From: Candidatus Acidiferrales bacterium
GTDB taxonomy: Archaea > Thermoproteota > Bathyarchaeia > Bathyarchaeales > Bathycorpusculaceae
Length of the DNA stretch: 64,000 nucleotides
Reading direction: 5' to 3'
Assembly: GCA_035625495.1 (NCBI GenBank)
Contig: DASPPK010000053.1
Span: forward strand, 5,285 to 69,284
The notes under the pieces are model-generated. The model saw nothing but the letters and a program-made list of their open reading frames with translations, had not been told where the DNA came from and did no database searches. Within the stretch, counting starts at the first letter, position 1, and each line of letters starts with the position of its first letter. Position numbers and translations under genes: made by a program. Of this stretch, positions 28,763 to 38,085 are shown in pieces.

Positions 28763-29773
28763 CTACTGTTTTGCGAGAGCAACCCACAAGTGGTCGCAAG
28801 CGGGCCTTGGCAGTTTTGTTTCAAAACCGTTTTTTTGTTTTACAATTCTGTTTTCTGGTGACGGCAAGAATTCGCCAATGACACTTGCGCTGATTCCGCT
28901 CTTGGTCAAGTTGTTTCTGATATCATCTGCGGCGTCTTTTCTAGCTGCTATCAGCATGCTTCCTGAAGCGATCAAGTAAGCTGGGTCAATTTCAAATGCC
29001 TCGCATATCTCTAAAGTCTCTTTCGCTACGGGAATTCTGTTTTCAAAGATTTTGAAGCCTAGGTTTGATGCGTCTGCAACCTCGTGTATTCCCCCGGCTA
29101 TTCCCCCCTCTGTCGGGTCATGCATAGCGTGAACACCACCTGTCTTGAAGGCTATTGCCGCCTCTTTCGCCACGCTTATCATGCTGAAAAATTCCTTGGC
29201 ACTCTTCACCGTTGAGGACCGGACGGTTTTCCTCAGCTTTTCCTCCCTGTCTGCCGCAAGAATGGCTGTGCCTTCTATGCCCGCCGTTTTAGTTACCATG
29301 ATCTTATCTCCTGCTTTGGCTCCCGCTGCCGTCACGTAATCTCCTTTTTCTGCCATACCCATAGCGCAACCCACAACTATCGGATTTGTTAGGCCGGGAG
29401 TGGATTCGCAATGTCCTCCGACGATAGCCATTCCCAAACCCTTCGCAGCCTTGTCCATCTGAGAGCTGATGATTTCAACGGTCCTTCTGCCCGCCTTTTC
29501 TGGGAGTAGAATACACGACAAGAAGAAGGCCGGTTCGACACCAAACGTAGAGACATCATTTGCATTAACGTTGACTGCAAGCCAGCCTATCCTCTCCAAG
29601 GCTCCAGTAATCGGATCCATAGATACTATGAGCGATTTACTTCCAACGTTTATCACAGCACCATCGATTCCTGCCGCTGGACCTAATGCAACTTCATCAC
29701 GTTTAGCACCTAGATTCTTGAATACGACCTCTTTCAAGATTTCAACGGGGATCTTTCCCGGAGGCAACGCCAT
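28763..29773 (-). CDS. AIR-synthase-related (PurM/HypE/SelD-like) protein
   Basis: 336 aa. N-terminal LGPAAGIDGAV...SMDPITG and a second domain with HAMHDPTEGG. It lacks the HypE C-terminal PRIC. Confidence 0.75.
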   Translation of the reverse strand: MALPPGKIPVEILKEVVFKNLGAKRDEVALGPAAGIDGAVINVGSKSLIVSMDPITGALERIGWLAVNVNANDVSTFGVEPAFFLSCILLPEKAGRRTVEIISSQMDKAAKGLGMAIVGGHCESTPGLTNPIVVGCAMGMAEKGDYVTAAGAKAGDKIMVTKTAGIEGTAILAADREEKLRKTVRSSTVKSAKEFFSMISVAKEAAIAFKTGGVHAMHDPTEGGIAGGIHEVADASNLGFKIFENRIPVAKETLEICEAFEIDPAYLIASGSMLIAARKDAADDIRNNLTKSGISASVIGEFLPSPENRIVKQKNGFETKLPRPACDHLWVALAKQ

Positions 29774-29954
29774 TTTGATCAGGCTTCCGACGTATAATCG
29801 TGAAAGAAGCTTTTAAGCTGTAACAAGACTAGAATAGAAGCTGCTTCGTCTCTGAGAGACAGAATTCAGTTAAACTGACTTGGGCGGGTGTAATGGACAA
29901 TCGAGTGAGAAGCAAAAATGAGTGAGGCTCATGCACGGTGTGTCGGGGGATAGG

Positions 29955-30584
29955 CTATGGAGACGCGTTTTTTGGAGAAAGAGCCTTATCCACTGCCATT
30001 CTGAGAAAGTATTTGTGAATTCTGAGATCGTCACTTAGCTCGGGATGAAAAGTCAAGGCCAATATATTTTCTTTTTTTGCTCCTATTATCCTACGTTTAT
30101 ATTTAATCCATGCTTTGGTGTCGTTCCAAACTTTTTCTATCGTTGGTGCACGGATAAACACTGCCCTGAAAAATTTGTCTCCAATCTCATGTATCTTTAC
30201 ATCCGCCTCGAAGGAATCTACTTGTCTTCCATAAGCATTTCTGAGGACTTTCATATCTAACAAGCCCAACAATTGCGTATTGGTCTGTTTTACTTGTTCA
30301 TCGCCTTCTTTCGCCAACAGAATCGTGCCAGCACAGGTTCCAAGCACTGGTATTCCTTTTTTTGCGAGGTCAACTATTCTTTCATGCATTCCTGTGGTCA
30401 GAATGAGTCGGCTTATTGTGGTTGATTCACCGCCAGGTATAACAATGCCTGAAACATTATTCAAATCTCTTAAGTTTCTTACGTACGCAACCGTACCATC
30501 AATTTTTAAATCTACCATCGCTTTTCTTAGGACTTCAACATGTTCAGAAACAGCGCCTTGTACAGCTACGACTCCAATCTTCAA
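29955..30584 (-). CDS. pdxT: pyridoxal 5'-phosphate synthase glutaminase subunit PdxT
   Basis: 209 aa. GVVAVQG, GGESTT, GTCAG (catalytic Cys) and FHPEL motifs. Overlaps the pdxS stop. Confidence 0.9.
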   Translation of the reverse strand: MKIGVVAVQGAVSEHVEVLRKAMVDLKIDGTVAYVRNLRDLNNVSGIVIPGGESTTISRLILTTGMHERIVDLAKKGIPVLGTCAGTILLAKEGDEQVKQTNTQLLGLLDMKVLRNAYGRQVDSFEADVKIHEIGDKFFRAVFIRAPTIEKVWNDTKAWIKYKRRIIGAKKENILALTFHPELSDDLRIHKYFLRMAVDKALSPKNASP

Positions 30585-31489
30585 TTGGTTCCCCGTGTTT
30601 GCATCTTCTGTTTTTCATCCATTTTCGAAGTGTCGATACCTTGCATCGGTTCGCCTAAACCTTCAGAAACTCTTGCCAGAATCTCAGGGTCGTCATAATG
30701 CATCGTAGCCTCAGCGATTGCTTTGGCATATGCCTTTGGGTTCTTAGATTTGAACACTCCTGAACCGACAAATATGCCATCTGCCCCGAGCTGCATCATG
30801 AGAGCAGCATCAGACGGTGTTGAAATGCCCCCTGCAGCGAAATTCACTACAGGCAACCTTCCTAAATCCCTCGTCTCTATAACCAATTTCACCGGCACAC
30901 GATACTCTCTTGCTTTTTCCTTCAATTGTGATTCTGACATCTTTTTCAGCTCAGCTATCTCTCGATTCATAAGCTTCATGTGCCTCACGGCTTCAACGAC
31001 ATTTCCAGTCCCCGGTTCACCTTTAGTCCTTATCATCGCCGCGCCCTCATCTATTCTTCTCAGGGCTTCACCCAAGTTTCTTGCTCCACAAACGAACGGA
31101 ATTGTAAACTTTTTCTTTTCGATATGATCTTCTTCATCTGCAGGAGTTAACACTTCACTCTCGTCAGCCATGTCCACTCCTAAAGCTTCGAGAACTTGTG
31201 CTTCTGCAAAGTGGCCTATCCTACACTTGGCCATAACAGGAATCGTAACAGCTTTTATTATTTCTTTGATTTTTTGCGGGTCGGCCATCCTCGCCACTCC
31301 GCCTTTTGCCCTTATGTCTGCGGGCACTGCCTCCAAGGCCATAACAGAGACAGCTCCAGCATCTTCAGCAATTTTTGCCTGCTCTCCATTTACAACGTCC
31401 ATTATGACTCCGCCCTTGCACATCTTGGCAAATCCTCTCTTCAACCTGTCAGTTCCTTTCTTTTCGATGACCTCTTTAGTTATTCTCAT
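30581..31489 (-). CDS. pdxS: pyridoxal 5'-phosphate synthase lyase subunit PdxS
   Basis: 302 aa. [23 protein letters not shown] and VNFAAGGI motifs. Confidence 0.92.
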   Translation of the reverse strand: MRITKEVIEKKGTDRLKRGFAKMCKGGVIMDVVNGEQAKIAEDAGAVSVMALEAVPADIRAKGGVARMADPQKIKEIIKAVTIPVMAKCRIGHFAEAQVLEALGVDMADESEVLTPADEEDHIEKKKFTIPFVCGARNLGEALRRIDEGAAMIRTKGEPGTGNVVEAVRHMKLMNREIAELKKMSESQLKEKAREYRVPVKLVIETRDLGRLPVVNFAAGGISTPSDAALMMQLGADGIFVGSGVFKSKNPKAYAKAIAEATMHYDDPEILARVSEGLGEPMQGIDTSKMDEKQKMQTRGTN

Positions 31490-31552
31490 AACATCACGGC
31501 AAACAGGATAACGAACACAACGATCGGGCAGATTTAAGTTTTTTCTCCCGCC

Positions 31553-31568
31553 GCACTATTAATAGTGC
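31553..31568. repeat. perfect 16-bp palindrome upstream of pdxS
   Basis: GCACTATTAATAGTGC lies 64-79 nt upstream of the pdxS start. A TATA-like AAAAACTTAAAT (minus strand, about 31531-31545) lies between the two. Confidence 0.8.
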
Positions 31569-31778
31569 TGTTATTTTCAAATAGACCTTGAAGTCTCAGT
31601 GGAACCCTCTTGTTCAAGAACCAGACGATCATACCTTTAGAGTAGTTTATGATTAGTGCTCTAAAGTCAACTGGCTTTGCTCCGCGTACATGTATGATTG
31701 TCCTCTGCAAATTTCAGTCCAAGCCTCATAATGGGAAAACCTAAATGTGAGTGTAAAACTGATAGATAGAAGTCAGAG

Positions 31779-32165
31779 TTGAAAGCTATGAGCGAAGTGA
31801 AAGAGGACCGGATCAAGTTACATAGGGAAGCAGGCATGCTTTTCGATGCTGGCAAATACAAGGAAGCCGAAGAGATCTTCTTGAAAACCGCTGAGTTATA
31901 TTATAAGGTGCAGGACTTTTTCGATTCGACATCCATGTACTACAAGGCTGGCGAGTGTGCCTACGCCCTGAAGGAATATGAGAAAGCGGTTGAGCATTTC
32001 ACAAAGTCTGCGGAGTTGTCCTTCCAGAAGGGGTTCGACCGGTTCGGAGTCAGCGCCCTAGAATACGAGAGAGACGGTTACAAGGCTTTAGGCAAGAATG
32101 CAAAGGTCAAGGAGTTGGACAAGAAAATTCAAGAAATGAAGAAGAAGCTGGAGGCGACATTCTAA
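31779..32165 (+). CDS. small TPR/SNAP-like helical-repeat protein
   Basis: 128 aa with repeated Y/A/E helical hairpins (AGKYKEAEEIFLKTAELY, AGECAYALKEYEKAVEHF). ATG 31788 is an alternative start. Confidence 0.55.
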   Translation: MKAMSEVKEDRIKLHREAGMLFDAGKYKEAEEIFLKTAELYYKVQDFFDSTSMYYKAGECAYALKEYEKAVEHFTKSAELSFQKGFDRFGVSALEYERDGYKALGKNAKVKELDKKIQEMKKKLEATF

Positions 32166-32275
32166 GTACCTCGCCGACATCTATGCTGTTCCTCTTGTAT
32201 CGAACAGGTTTGAAACAACGTTTATCTTTTTAGGCTGAGAGATAAAAAGCTGAGCAGTTTTAGGGTTCAAAGAGT

Positions 32276-33970
32276 ATGCCGACTCCTTTCAAGGCTCTTG
32301 CAGAATTAGGGGAAAAGCTGGAAGCGACGACCAAACGTCTTTTGATGGTTGACCTTGCAGCAAGTTTCTTGATGAATGTAGAATCTGATGAGACAGAACC
32401 CGCGGTTTCGATGATTCTCGGGAGGCCTTTCCCAAGATGGGATCAGCGAACTCTCGAAGTGAGCTGGGCAACTCTCAGCGAAATCATAAAACGTATAACG
32501 GGCGTTGAATGGGACGTCTTCACAGAAGTCTTCAGCAAAACGGGCGACATCGGCGCGGCAACCAAGACGATCTTTGAAACCAGCAAAGTTAGAAAACAAA
32601 CCGCCCTTTTTCAGAAAGCTCTAACCATAACTGAAGTCAGACATAACCTGCAGACGATAGCAGAAACTTATGGGTCAGGCTCTAGAGAGAGAAAAGAACG
32701 CCTGATTGAAACACTTCTGGGTCAAGCCTCTCCGGTTGAGGCCAAATATCTATTGAAGATATTCATAGGCGAGATGCGCACCGGTTTTCACGAAGGGTTG
32801 ATGGAACAAGCAGTTTCTAAGGCCTTTCAAGTTCCTCTGCGAGCCGTTCAAGAGGCAAGCATGATCACAGGAGACATCGGAGAGGTAGCATCCATCGCAA
32901 AGAGTGAGGGTAAGCTAGGCCTGTCTAGGATAGGCTTCAAGGTTTTTAGGCCAGTGGGCCCTATGCTGGCCCAGATGGCTAACGGCGTGGCTCAGGCGTT
33001 GGAAGAGCATGATGGCAACACGGCGTTTGAATACAAGTATGACGGTGCCAGAGTTCAAATCCACAAGTCGGGCGACGATATCAAGGTTTTCAGTCGCCGG
33101 CTCACGGACGTGACGGACAGCTTGCCAGAGATAGTGGAACTGGTTAGATTGAACTTGAAAGCGGAGGAAGCGATCTTGGAAGGCGAGGTTGTGGCCGTTG
33201 ACAGTCAGGGTTTCCCGATTCCTTTCCAGCATCTGATGCGCAGGTTCAGGAGGGTTCATGGAATAGCCGGCGCGGCCGAAAGAATTCCTCTGAGGCTTTA
33301 TCTTTTTGACGTGTTGTATCTCAACGGGCAAGACCTGATTTCCATGTCATACGTCCAACGTAGGCAAGTACTCGCTGCAAACGTTGACGGGATACCATTG
33401 ACTTCGCAGCTGAAAACGGACGATGTTCAAGAGGCGGAGAAGTTTTTGAAACAGGCCATGGACGCGGGGCATGAGGGTTTGATGGCCAAGAGGCTTGACA
33501 GTCCCTATACGCCCGGGATCCGTGGAAAACGTTGGCTGAAAATTAAGCCAATCCTCGAACCCTTAGACCTTGTTATAGTTGGGGCCGAGTATGGCTATGG
33601 ACGCAGACACGGATGGCTTTCAGACTATTACCTGGCGGCGCTTGATGCTGACACTGGCAAATTCTTCACGGTGGGCAAGACCTTCAAGGGGTTGACAGAC
33701 TCCGAAATCATCGGAATGACACAGCGTCTAAAAGAACTGACGATAACGCGCTCGCCCAGAAGCGTGAGCGTGGTTCCGAGAATAGTAGTTGAAGTCGCGT
33801 ACAACGAGATTCAGAGAAGCCCCAAATATGAATGTCAGATGGCTCTGCGGTTCGCTAGGATAACGCGTATCAGAGAAGATAAAGCACCGGAGGAAGCGGA
33901 CACGATTCAACGGGTCAGGCAAATCTATGAGAGTCAGTTCCAGAAAAAAGGCAGATATACAAGCAATTGA
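32276..33970 (+). CDS. lig: ATP-dependent DNA ligase
   Basis: 564 aa. Adenylation motif I EYKYDGARVQIH (KxDG), motif EGLMAK, and an OB domain with LKIKP. Confidence 0.92.
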   Translation: MPTPFKALAELGEKLEATTKRLLMVDLAASFLMNVESDETEPAVSMILGRPFPRWDQRTLEVSWATLSEIIKRITGVEWDVFTEVFSKTGDIGAATKTIFETSKVRKQTALFQKALTITEVRHNLQTIAETYGSGSRERKERLIETLLGQASPVEAKYLLKIFIGEMRTGFHEGLMEQAVSKAFQVPLRAVQEASMITGDIGEVASIAKSEGKLGLSRIGFKVFRPVGPMLAQMANGVAQALEEHDGNTAFEYKYDGARVQIHKSGDDIKVFSRRLTDVTDSLPEIVELVRLNLKAEEAILEGEVVAVDSQGFPIPFQHLMRRFRRVHGIAGAAERIPLRLYLFDVLYLNGQDLISMSYVQRRQVLAANVDGIPLTSQLKTDDVQEAEKFLKQAMDAGHEGLMAKRLDSPYTPGIRGKRWLKIKPILEPLDLVIVGAEYGYGRRHGWLSDYYLAALDADTGKFFTVGKTFKGLTDSEIIGMTQRLKELTITRSPRSVSVVPRIVVEVAYNEIQRSPKYECQMALRFARITRIREDKAPEEADTIQRVRQIYESQFQKKGRYTSN

Positions 33971-33996
33971 CAGCAGAATAAGAGTGACGTGTTTGC

Positions 33997-35040
33997 ATGC
34001 CTAGAACGAGCAAGGTTCCCTCATTCGACGAGTACTATAGTCGCCAAACTGTGTTGAAAGAGCTTGGGAAAAAAGGGCAAAGAAAACTTGCTCAGTCAAA
34101 GGTAGCCGTCGTTGGACTAGGCGGCTTGGGAACAGCTTCATCACTTTATCTAGACCTCGCTGGGGTTGGCCACTTGCGCTTGATAGACCAAGATACGATT
34201 GAGTTGGCTAACTTGCATAGACAGATCCTTTACGGACCAGAAGATCTGCACTATCCAAAGGCTGAGGTCTCGGCCAAAAGACTGCGCAGGATAAATCCGC
34301 TCGTGAAAGTCGACCCTGTTTCAGAGAATCTGAACCGCAACAACGTTGAAAAGCTCTTAACTGGGATGGAATGCGTCGTTGACGGCTTAGACAATATGCG
34401 CGCACGCTACCTGGTTAACCGAGCATGCGCAAAGCTCGGCATTCCGTATGTCTTTGGGGCGGCCATAGGATTTGAAGGCAACCTTTCAGTCTTCGCTGTA
34501 CCTAAAACACCATGCTTGGAGTGCATCTTGCCATATGTCAACGATGACAATTTGCAGACGTGCGACCTCAGAGGCGTACTCGGCGCCACAGCCGGCATAA
34601 TTGGCACGATGCAGGCCATGGAAGCGATAAAAGTGTTGACAGGCATAGGCTCGCCGCTTAAGGGCAAGCTGATGATCTGTGACTTCGCAGACATGTACTT
34701 TACCACGATAGACATTTTCAGAAGAGACGGTTGTCCAGCATGCCAGGGCAAAGTCGGCATCCCAAAAAGGAAGGAAAAACTTGCTTGGCTATGTGGAAGA
34801 GACACGGCGAACATCAACCCTGAAGAAACGTTGAACATGGGACTCAGCGAAGCATATGAGCTTATCAAGCAGCATTTTAAAGTGCGAATAAAGTCCCAAC
34901 TTGCAATAATATTTAGCTACAAGACCTTTGAAATCACCTTGTTCACCGGCGGGCGGATGTTAATAAAGAATGTTAAGAGTGAAAAGTCAGCGCTGGACGT
35001 CTACTATGATGTAAGAAAGAAGCTCGATGAGGGCCCATAA
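33997..35040 (+). CDS. ThiF/MoeB/HesA-family E1-like adenylyltransferase with extra C-terminal domain
   Basis: Rossmann GLGGLGT, NLHRQ, and zinc CxxC pairs (CLEC, CPAC). About 90 further residues follow the second CxxC, with no rhodanese signature. Confidence 0.85.
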   Translation: MPRTSKVPSFDEYYSRQTVLKELGKKGQRKLAQSKVAVVGLGGLGTASSLYLDLAGVGHLRLIDQDTIELANLHRQILYGPEDLHYPKAEVSAKRLRRINPLVKVDPVSENLNRNNVEKLLTGMECVVDGLDNMRARYLVNRACAKLGIPYVFGAAIGFEGNLSVFAVPKTPCLECILPYVNDDNLQTCDLRGVLGATAGIIGTMQAMEAIKVLTGIGSPLKGKLMICDFADMYFTTIDIFRRDGCPACQGKVGIPKRKEKLAWLCGRDTANINPEETLNMGLSEAYELIKQHFKVRIKSQLAIIFSYKTFEITLFTGGRMLIKNVKSEKSALDVYYDVRKKLDEGP

Positions 35041-35074
35041 ACCTATTTATCCGAGTCTAAGCGATCTGTAGACT

Positions 35075-35147
35075 GCCGGGGTGGCCGAACGGTTCAGGCG
35101 GTTGCCTGCAGAGCAGCTATATATGGGTTCAACTCCCATCCCCGGCT
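35075..35147 (+). tRNA. tRNA-Cys (GCA)
   Basis: Manual cloverleaf of 73 nt: acceptor GCCGGGG/CCCCGGC, D-arm GCC..GGC, anticodon stem GTTGC/GCAGC with loop CTGCAGA, T-arm ATGGG-TTCAACT-CCCAT. Discriminator is U73, as expected for Cys. No encoded CCA. Confidence 0.9.
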
Positions 35148-35230
35148 TTTCAGCATAAACGTACGCGTGAGTGAAGTCGGCGTTTTGGTTGAATACTCTC
35201 CAGAGCATGCTATAGTGCGCACGCAGAAGA

Positions 35231-36433
35231 TCATATTTCGAGCAATATCTTCATTTTCGTTAGATTATGGCAGCCGTTCCCAGTTACTTCGAGAATGTCT
35301 TCTATTCTAACCCCGCCCACTTCAGGGTCGTACAGCCCAGGTTCTATTGTGACCACGTTGTGTTCTTGAAGTGGAAGTCTGTTGAACTCGCCGAGTCCGG
35401 GTCCTTCATGAACCTGTAATCCCACTCCGTGTCCGAGACTATGCGTGTATCCTTTGTCTATTCTTTTTCCGCCTTTGATCGTGTCGTAGCCTGCTTTCTC
35501 AAACAGGCGATAACAGAGTTCTTGCATCTTCATGCCTGGTACTCCTGCCTTCAAAGCATCAATCGAAGCGTCTCTCACATCAGCCACAGTCTCAAACATC
35601 CTCTTGATGATTTTCGACGCTCGTCCTTTCACGACGGTTCGAGTCATATCCGAGACATACCGTTTGCCTATGCTTTTCGGGAAAATATCCATCACGATCG
35701 GCTGATTAGCTTTCAAAACGTCAGTCTTCTTCCCCGCATAGTGACCCATCGCGCTCTTCGGTCCGCAAGGTATCATCGTTTCCTCCTCGGCGATGCAGCC
35801 GTTGTCGATGAACGTGTGATCGAAGATTCCTCTGATCTTGCCTACAGTCAGTTTTTCTTTCTTGCCTTTTGTCCGCATGTACAGCGTCCCATCAGGTCCG
35901 ACGTCGGCTTTGGAAATCTCGTCAATGGCTTTTGAAGCTGCTTTCTCAACGACTCGCTGAACAGAAGTAATAGCCTTGACTTCGTCAGGCTCTTTGGTCT
36001 CTCGTGCTTTGTCCAACACGTCGAACATCGGCTTGATCTTCAAGCCTTCCTTCCGAAACGTATCAGCAAACATAACCGGAAAATCCGGCGGAACATAGAT
36101 TGGCTTCTGGGTTCCCAACTCTTTTTCAGCGACGGACGCAACGAACTTCATCATTCCAACCCGAGGCTCAGGCACCGATTTGAGGAACTTCATAAAGTCA
36201 TAGTCATGAGTGGCTCGGACATCCTTGGCTGCTGACTCTTTCTTCGCCCGGTCAAACTCCAACTGATTGATAACCAGAATCGGCTCTTCGTCAACCTTTT
36301 TGAGGTAAAGAAAAGGATCAATCGCCAAGAAACCGCTCATGTAGAACATGTTGACGTTCGTGTAGCTCCCAGAGTAAAGTAACATCGAACCAAAACCGTT
36401 CTCGGTCAGAATCCGGTCAACATCCGCCTTCAA
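35231..36433 (-). CDS. M24B-family Xaa-Pro aminopeptidase/dipeptidase
   Basis: 400 aa. Creatinase-like N-domain plus a pita-bread domain with metal ligands in VMDIFP..., DMTRT, HSLGHGVGLQVHEGP, IEPG and RIED. TTG start. Confidence 0.88.
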   Translation of the reverse strand: MKADVDRILTENGFGSMLLYSGSYTNVNMFYMSGFLAIDPFLYLKKVDEEPILVINQLEFDRAKKESAAKDVRATHDYDFMKFLKSVPEPRVGMMKFVASVAEKELGTQKPIYVPPDFPVMFADTFRKEGLKIKPMFDVLDKARETKEPDEVKAITSVQRVVEKAASKAIDEISKADVGPDGTLYMRTKGKKEKLTVGKIRGIFDHTFIDNGCIAEEETMIPCGPKSAMGHYAGKKTDVLKANQPIVMDIFPKSIGKRYVSDMTRTVVKGRASKIIKRMFETVADVRDASIDALKAGVPGMKMQELCYRLFEKAGYDTIKGGKRIDKGYTHSLGHGVGLQVHEGPGLGEFNRLPLQEHNVVTIEPGLYDPEVGGVRIEDILEVTGNGCHNLTKMKILLEI

Positions 36434-36507
36434 ATAGATTCACTTCTTGAACGACTCATTCGAAATATCGGCATAAAAGAGTTTCTCGCGCACGCCGAAC
36501 AGTACTG

Positions 36508-36523
36508 AAGTCAAATTTGACTT
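36508..36523. repeat. perfect 16-bp palindrome upstream of the M24 peptidase gene
   Basis: AAGTCAAATTTGACTT lies ~75 nt upstream of the minus-strand start at 36433. Confidence 0.8.
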
Positions 36524-36595
36524 TTGACATCCGAGGATCAGACCTCTCACAAAAAGAAAAAAAGGGATCTGCGGGTGATGTCACCCACTTGTCGG

Positions 36596-36622
36596 AGGTC
36601 CAAATCCCATCCCCGGCTTTTC
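36596..36622 (+). repeat. direct repeat of the tRNA-Cys 3' end (tRNA fragment / att-like scar)
   Basis: 36605-36622 (TCCCATCCCCGGCTTTTC) is identical to 35134-35151. With flanks, 24 of 27 positions match. No 5' acceptor strand GCCGGGG lies upstream, so this is not a complete tRNA. Confidence 0.7.
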
Positions 36623-36849
36623 GGTATAGATCCATAGACTCTAGACAAACCGCGCGTTTTGGAGCACGTTGAGATCGTAAGGTTCAAAGGTCTGCAGGTC
36701 TCTGGAGTGTTCTTGCTCATTGACTGGAACCAGGATTCTCGAGTGCTCGCTAAACGTGAACAAAGAATGTGTCCGTTACGGCGACCAGAGTAAAATTATT
36801 TTACAAAAGGCGGAAGGTTGAGAGATGATTTGTGAGGCTCACGTTTTGT

Positions 36850-37173
36850 TTACGTGACGGACTTCAATAGGTTCGTCGTATGCGTAGATGAGTCTCTGAA
36901 CATAATGAATTCCTGAAGCAGTTTCTTGGCTTCTTCGTTTTTGACCAGTTTCTTTTCCAGCGTTTCTTGGTCAGTTAAACTCTCAAACTCCAACAGTTCA
37001 ACGTATGCGCCTGAGATTCCGCCAAACATTTGAGTGTACAGCTTGAGTGATTTCACTTCCTTGAACATCTCTGGGTTCTTTTTCATGTAATTAAGGTAAC
37101 TCTTCCAGAAACGCATGAAATCTCCCTGTTTTTCTGGCTTCACTATGTACGTAGATATTGCAAGGTAGGTCAT
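36850..37173 (-). CDS. small ferredoxin-like-fold protein (ABM/Dabb/NIPSNAP-like), hypothetical
   Basis: ATG 37173 gives MTYLAISTYIVKPEKQ..., about 107 aa with a beta-alpha-beta pattern. The ORF track extends it to 37239. Assignment is weak. Confidence 0.5.
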   Translation of the reverse strand: MTYLAISTYIVKPEKQGDFMRFWKSYLNYMKKNPEMFKEVKSLKLYTQMFGGISGAYVELLEFESLTDQETLEKKLVKNEEAKKLLQEFIMFRDSSTHTTNLLKSVT

Positions 37174-37408
37174 TTTTCCAAACTCCTGTTTCCTCAAGTT
37201 AGTTGAGTTGTTTAAATCGTTTATGACGAAATAGAACATTATTCCGAGTCAAACTCCGTTGGAAGAACAAGAAAGGAGGTGATTTTCCGGTGATGCGACC
37301 AATGGTGGGAGGCACAACTCGCATCCCAAGCTCCAAGATTTTGGAGTGTTGGGAAGTCTCATCTGGTGGGCTTAGGAACCGCCCCTCCTCGGTTTCAATG
37401 TACCATGA

Positions 37409-37426
37409 ATATTTGGATCCAAATAT
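37409..37426. repeat. perfect 18-bp palindrome in a non-coding region
   Basis: ATATTTGGATCCAAATAT reads identically on both strands. Confidence 0.85.
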
Positions 37427-37567
37427 GTGCGGAGGTTTTCTCCGCGTTGAGGTTAGGGTCTTATCATAGCCCGCGCCGCACAACAATAGAAGACGAACTA
37501 GAGATTCAAAGAAGAAAGAAATGGGATAACGGTATCTACTACTTAGGTTTAAGGTTCTATTTGTCCT

Positions 37568-37987
37568 ATGCTTCAGTTAGAGGTGGATGAATTGAAGAGA
37601 GTACTCTTCGTGTGTGTCGAAAACGCTGGCAGGAGTCAGATGGCAGAAGCCTTTACCAACCATTATGGAAAGGGAAAGTTCGCGGCCTCAAGCGCAGGTA
37701 TCAAGTTAGCAGGCAAGGTGAATCCTGTGGTTGTTGACGCGATGAAAGAGAAGGGCATAGACATCTCAATGAACCTGCCTAAACTGCTGACTTCTAAGAT
37801 GATGGAGGAAGCAGATCTAATCGTAACGATGGGCTGCGGCGCGGCAGACCTGTGTCCAGGTCCTTTTTTCAAAACAACCGTGGATTGGGGACTCGAAGAT
37901 CCAAAGGACAAACCGATAGAGAAAGTTCGAGAAATCAGAGACGAAATAGAAAGAAAAGTAAGAACACTTATTGACCAAGGCATATAA
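37568..37987 (+). CDS. arsC: arsenate reductase / low-molecular-weight phosphatase family (ArsC, thioredoxin-coupled type)
   Basis: P-loop CVENAGRS (CX5R-S) plus downstream cysteines (GCGAADLCPG). TTG 37592, preceded by AGGTGG, is an alternative start. Confidence 0.85.
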   Translation: MLQLEVDELKRVLFVCVENAGRSQMAEAFTNHYGKGKFAASSAGIKLAGKVNPVVVDAMKEKGIDISMNLPKLLTSKMMEEADLIVTMGCGAADLCPGPFFKTTVDWGLEDPKDKPIEKVREIRDEIERKVRTLIDQGI

Positions 37988-38085
37988 TCGCGCACGCATA
38001 CTGACCTATCACTTTTTTATCAAGAAGAGATGTCTATTTTTGAGTAACTTGATCCTCAAGTGAGCGTCCGACGGAAGGTTCAGAA

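Noticed and set aside
35148-36604. Treating the segment between tRNA-Cys and its 3'-end repeat as an intact integrative element
   Set aside because: It contains only a housekeeping-type M24 peptidase gene and no integrase, excisionase or replication gene. Only the scar interpretation is retained.
36573-36622. Second tRNA or split-tRNA 3' half at the repeat
   Set aside because: There is no matching 5' acceptor strand. The T-arm equivalent (GGAGG/CCCAT) cannot pair. The GGGTGA/TCACCC hairpin upstream does not form an anticodon or BHB structure.
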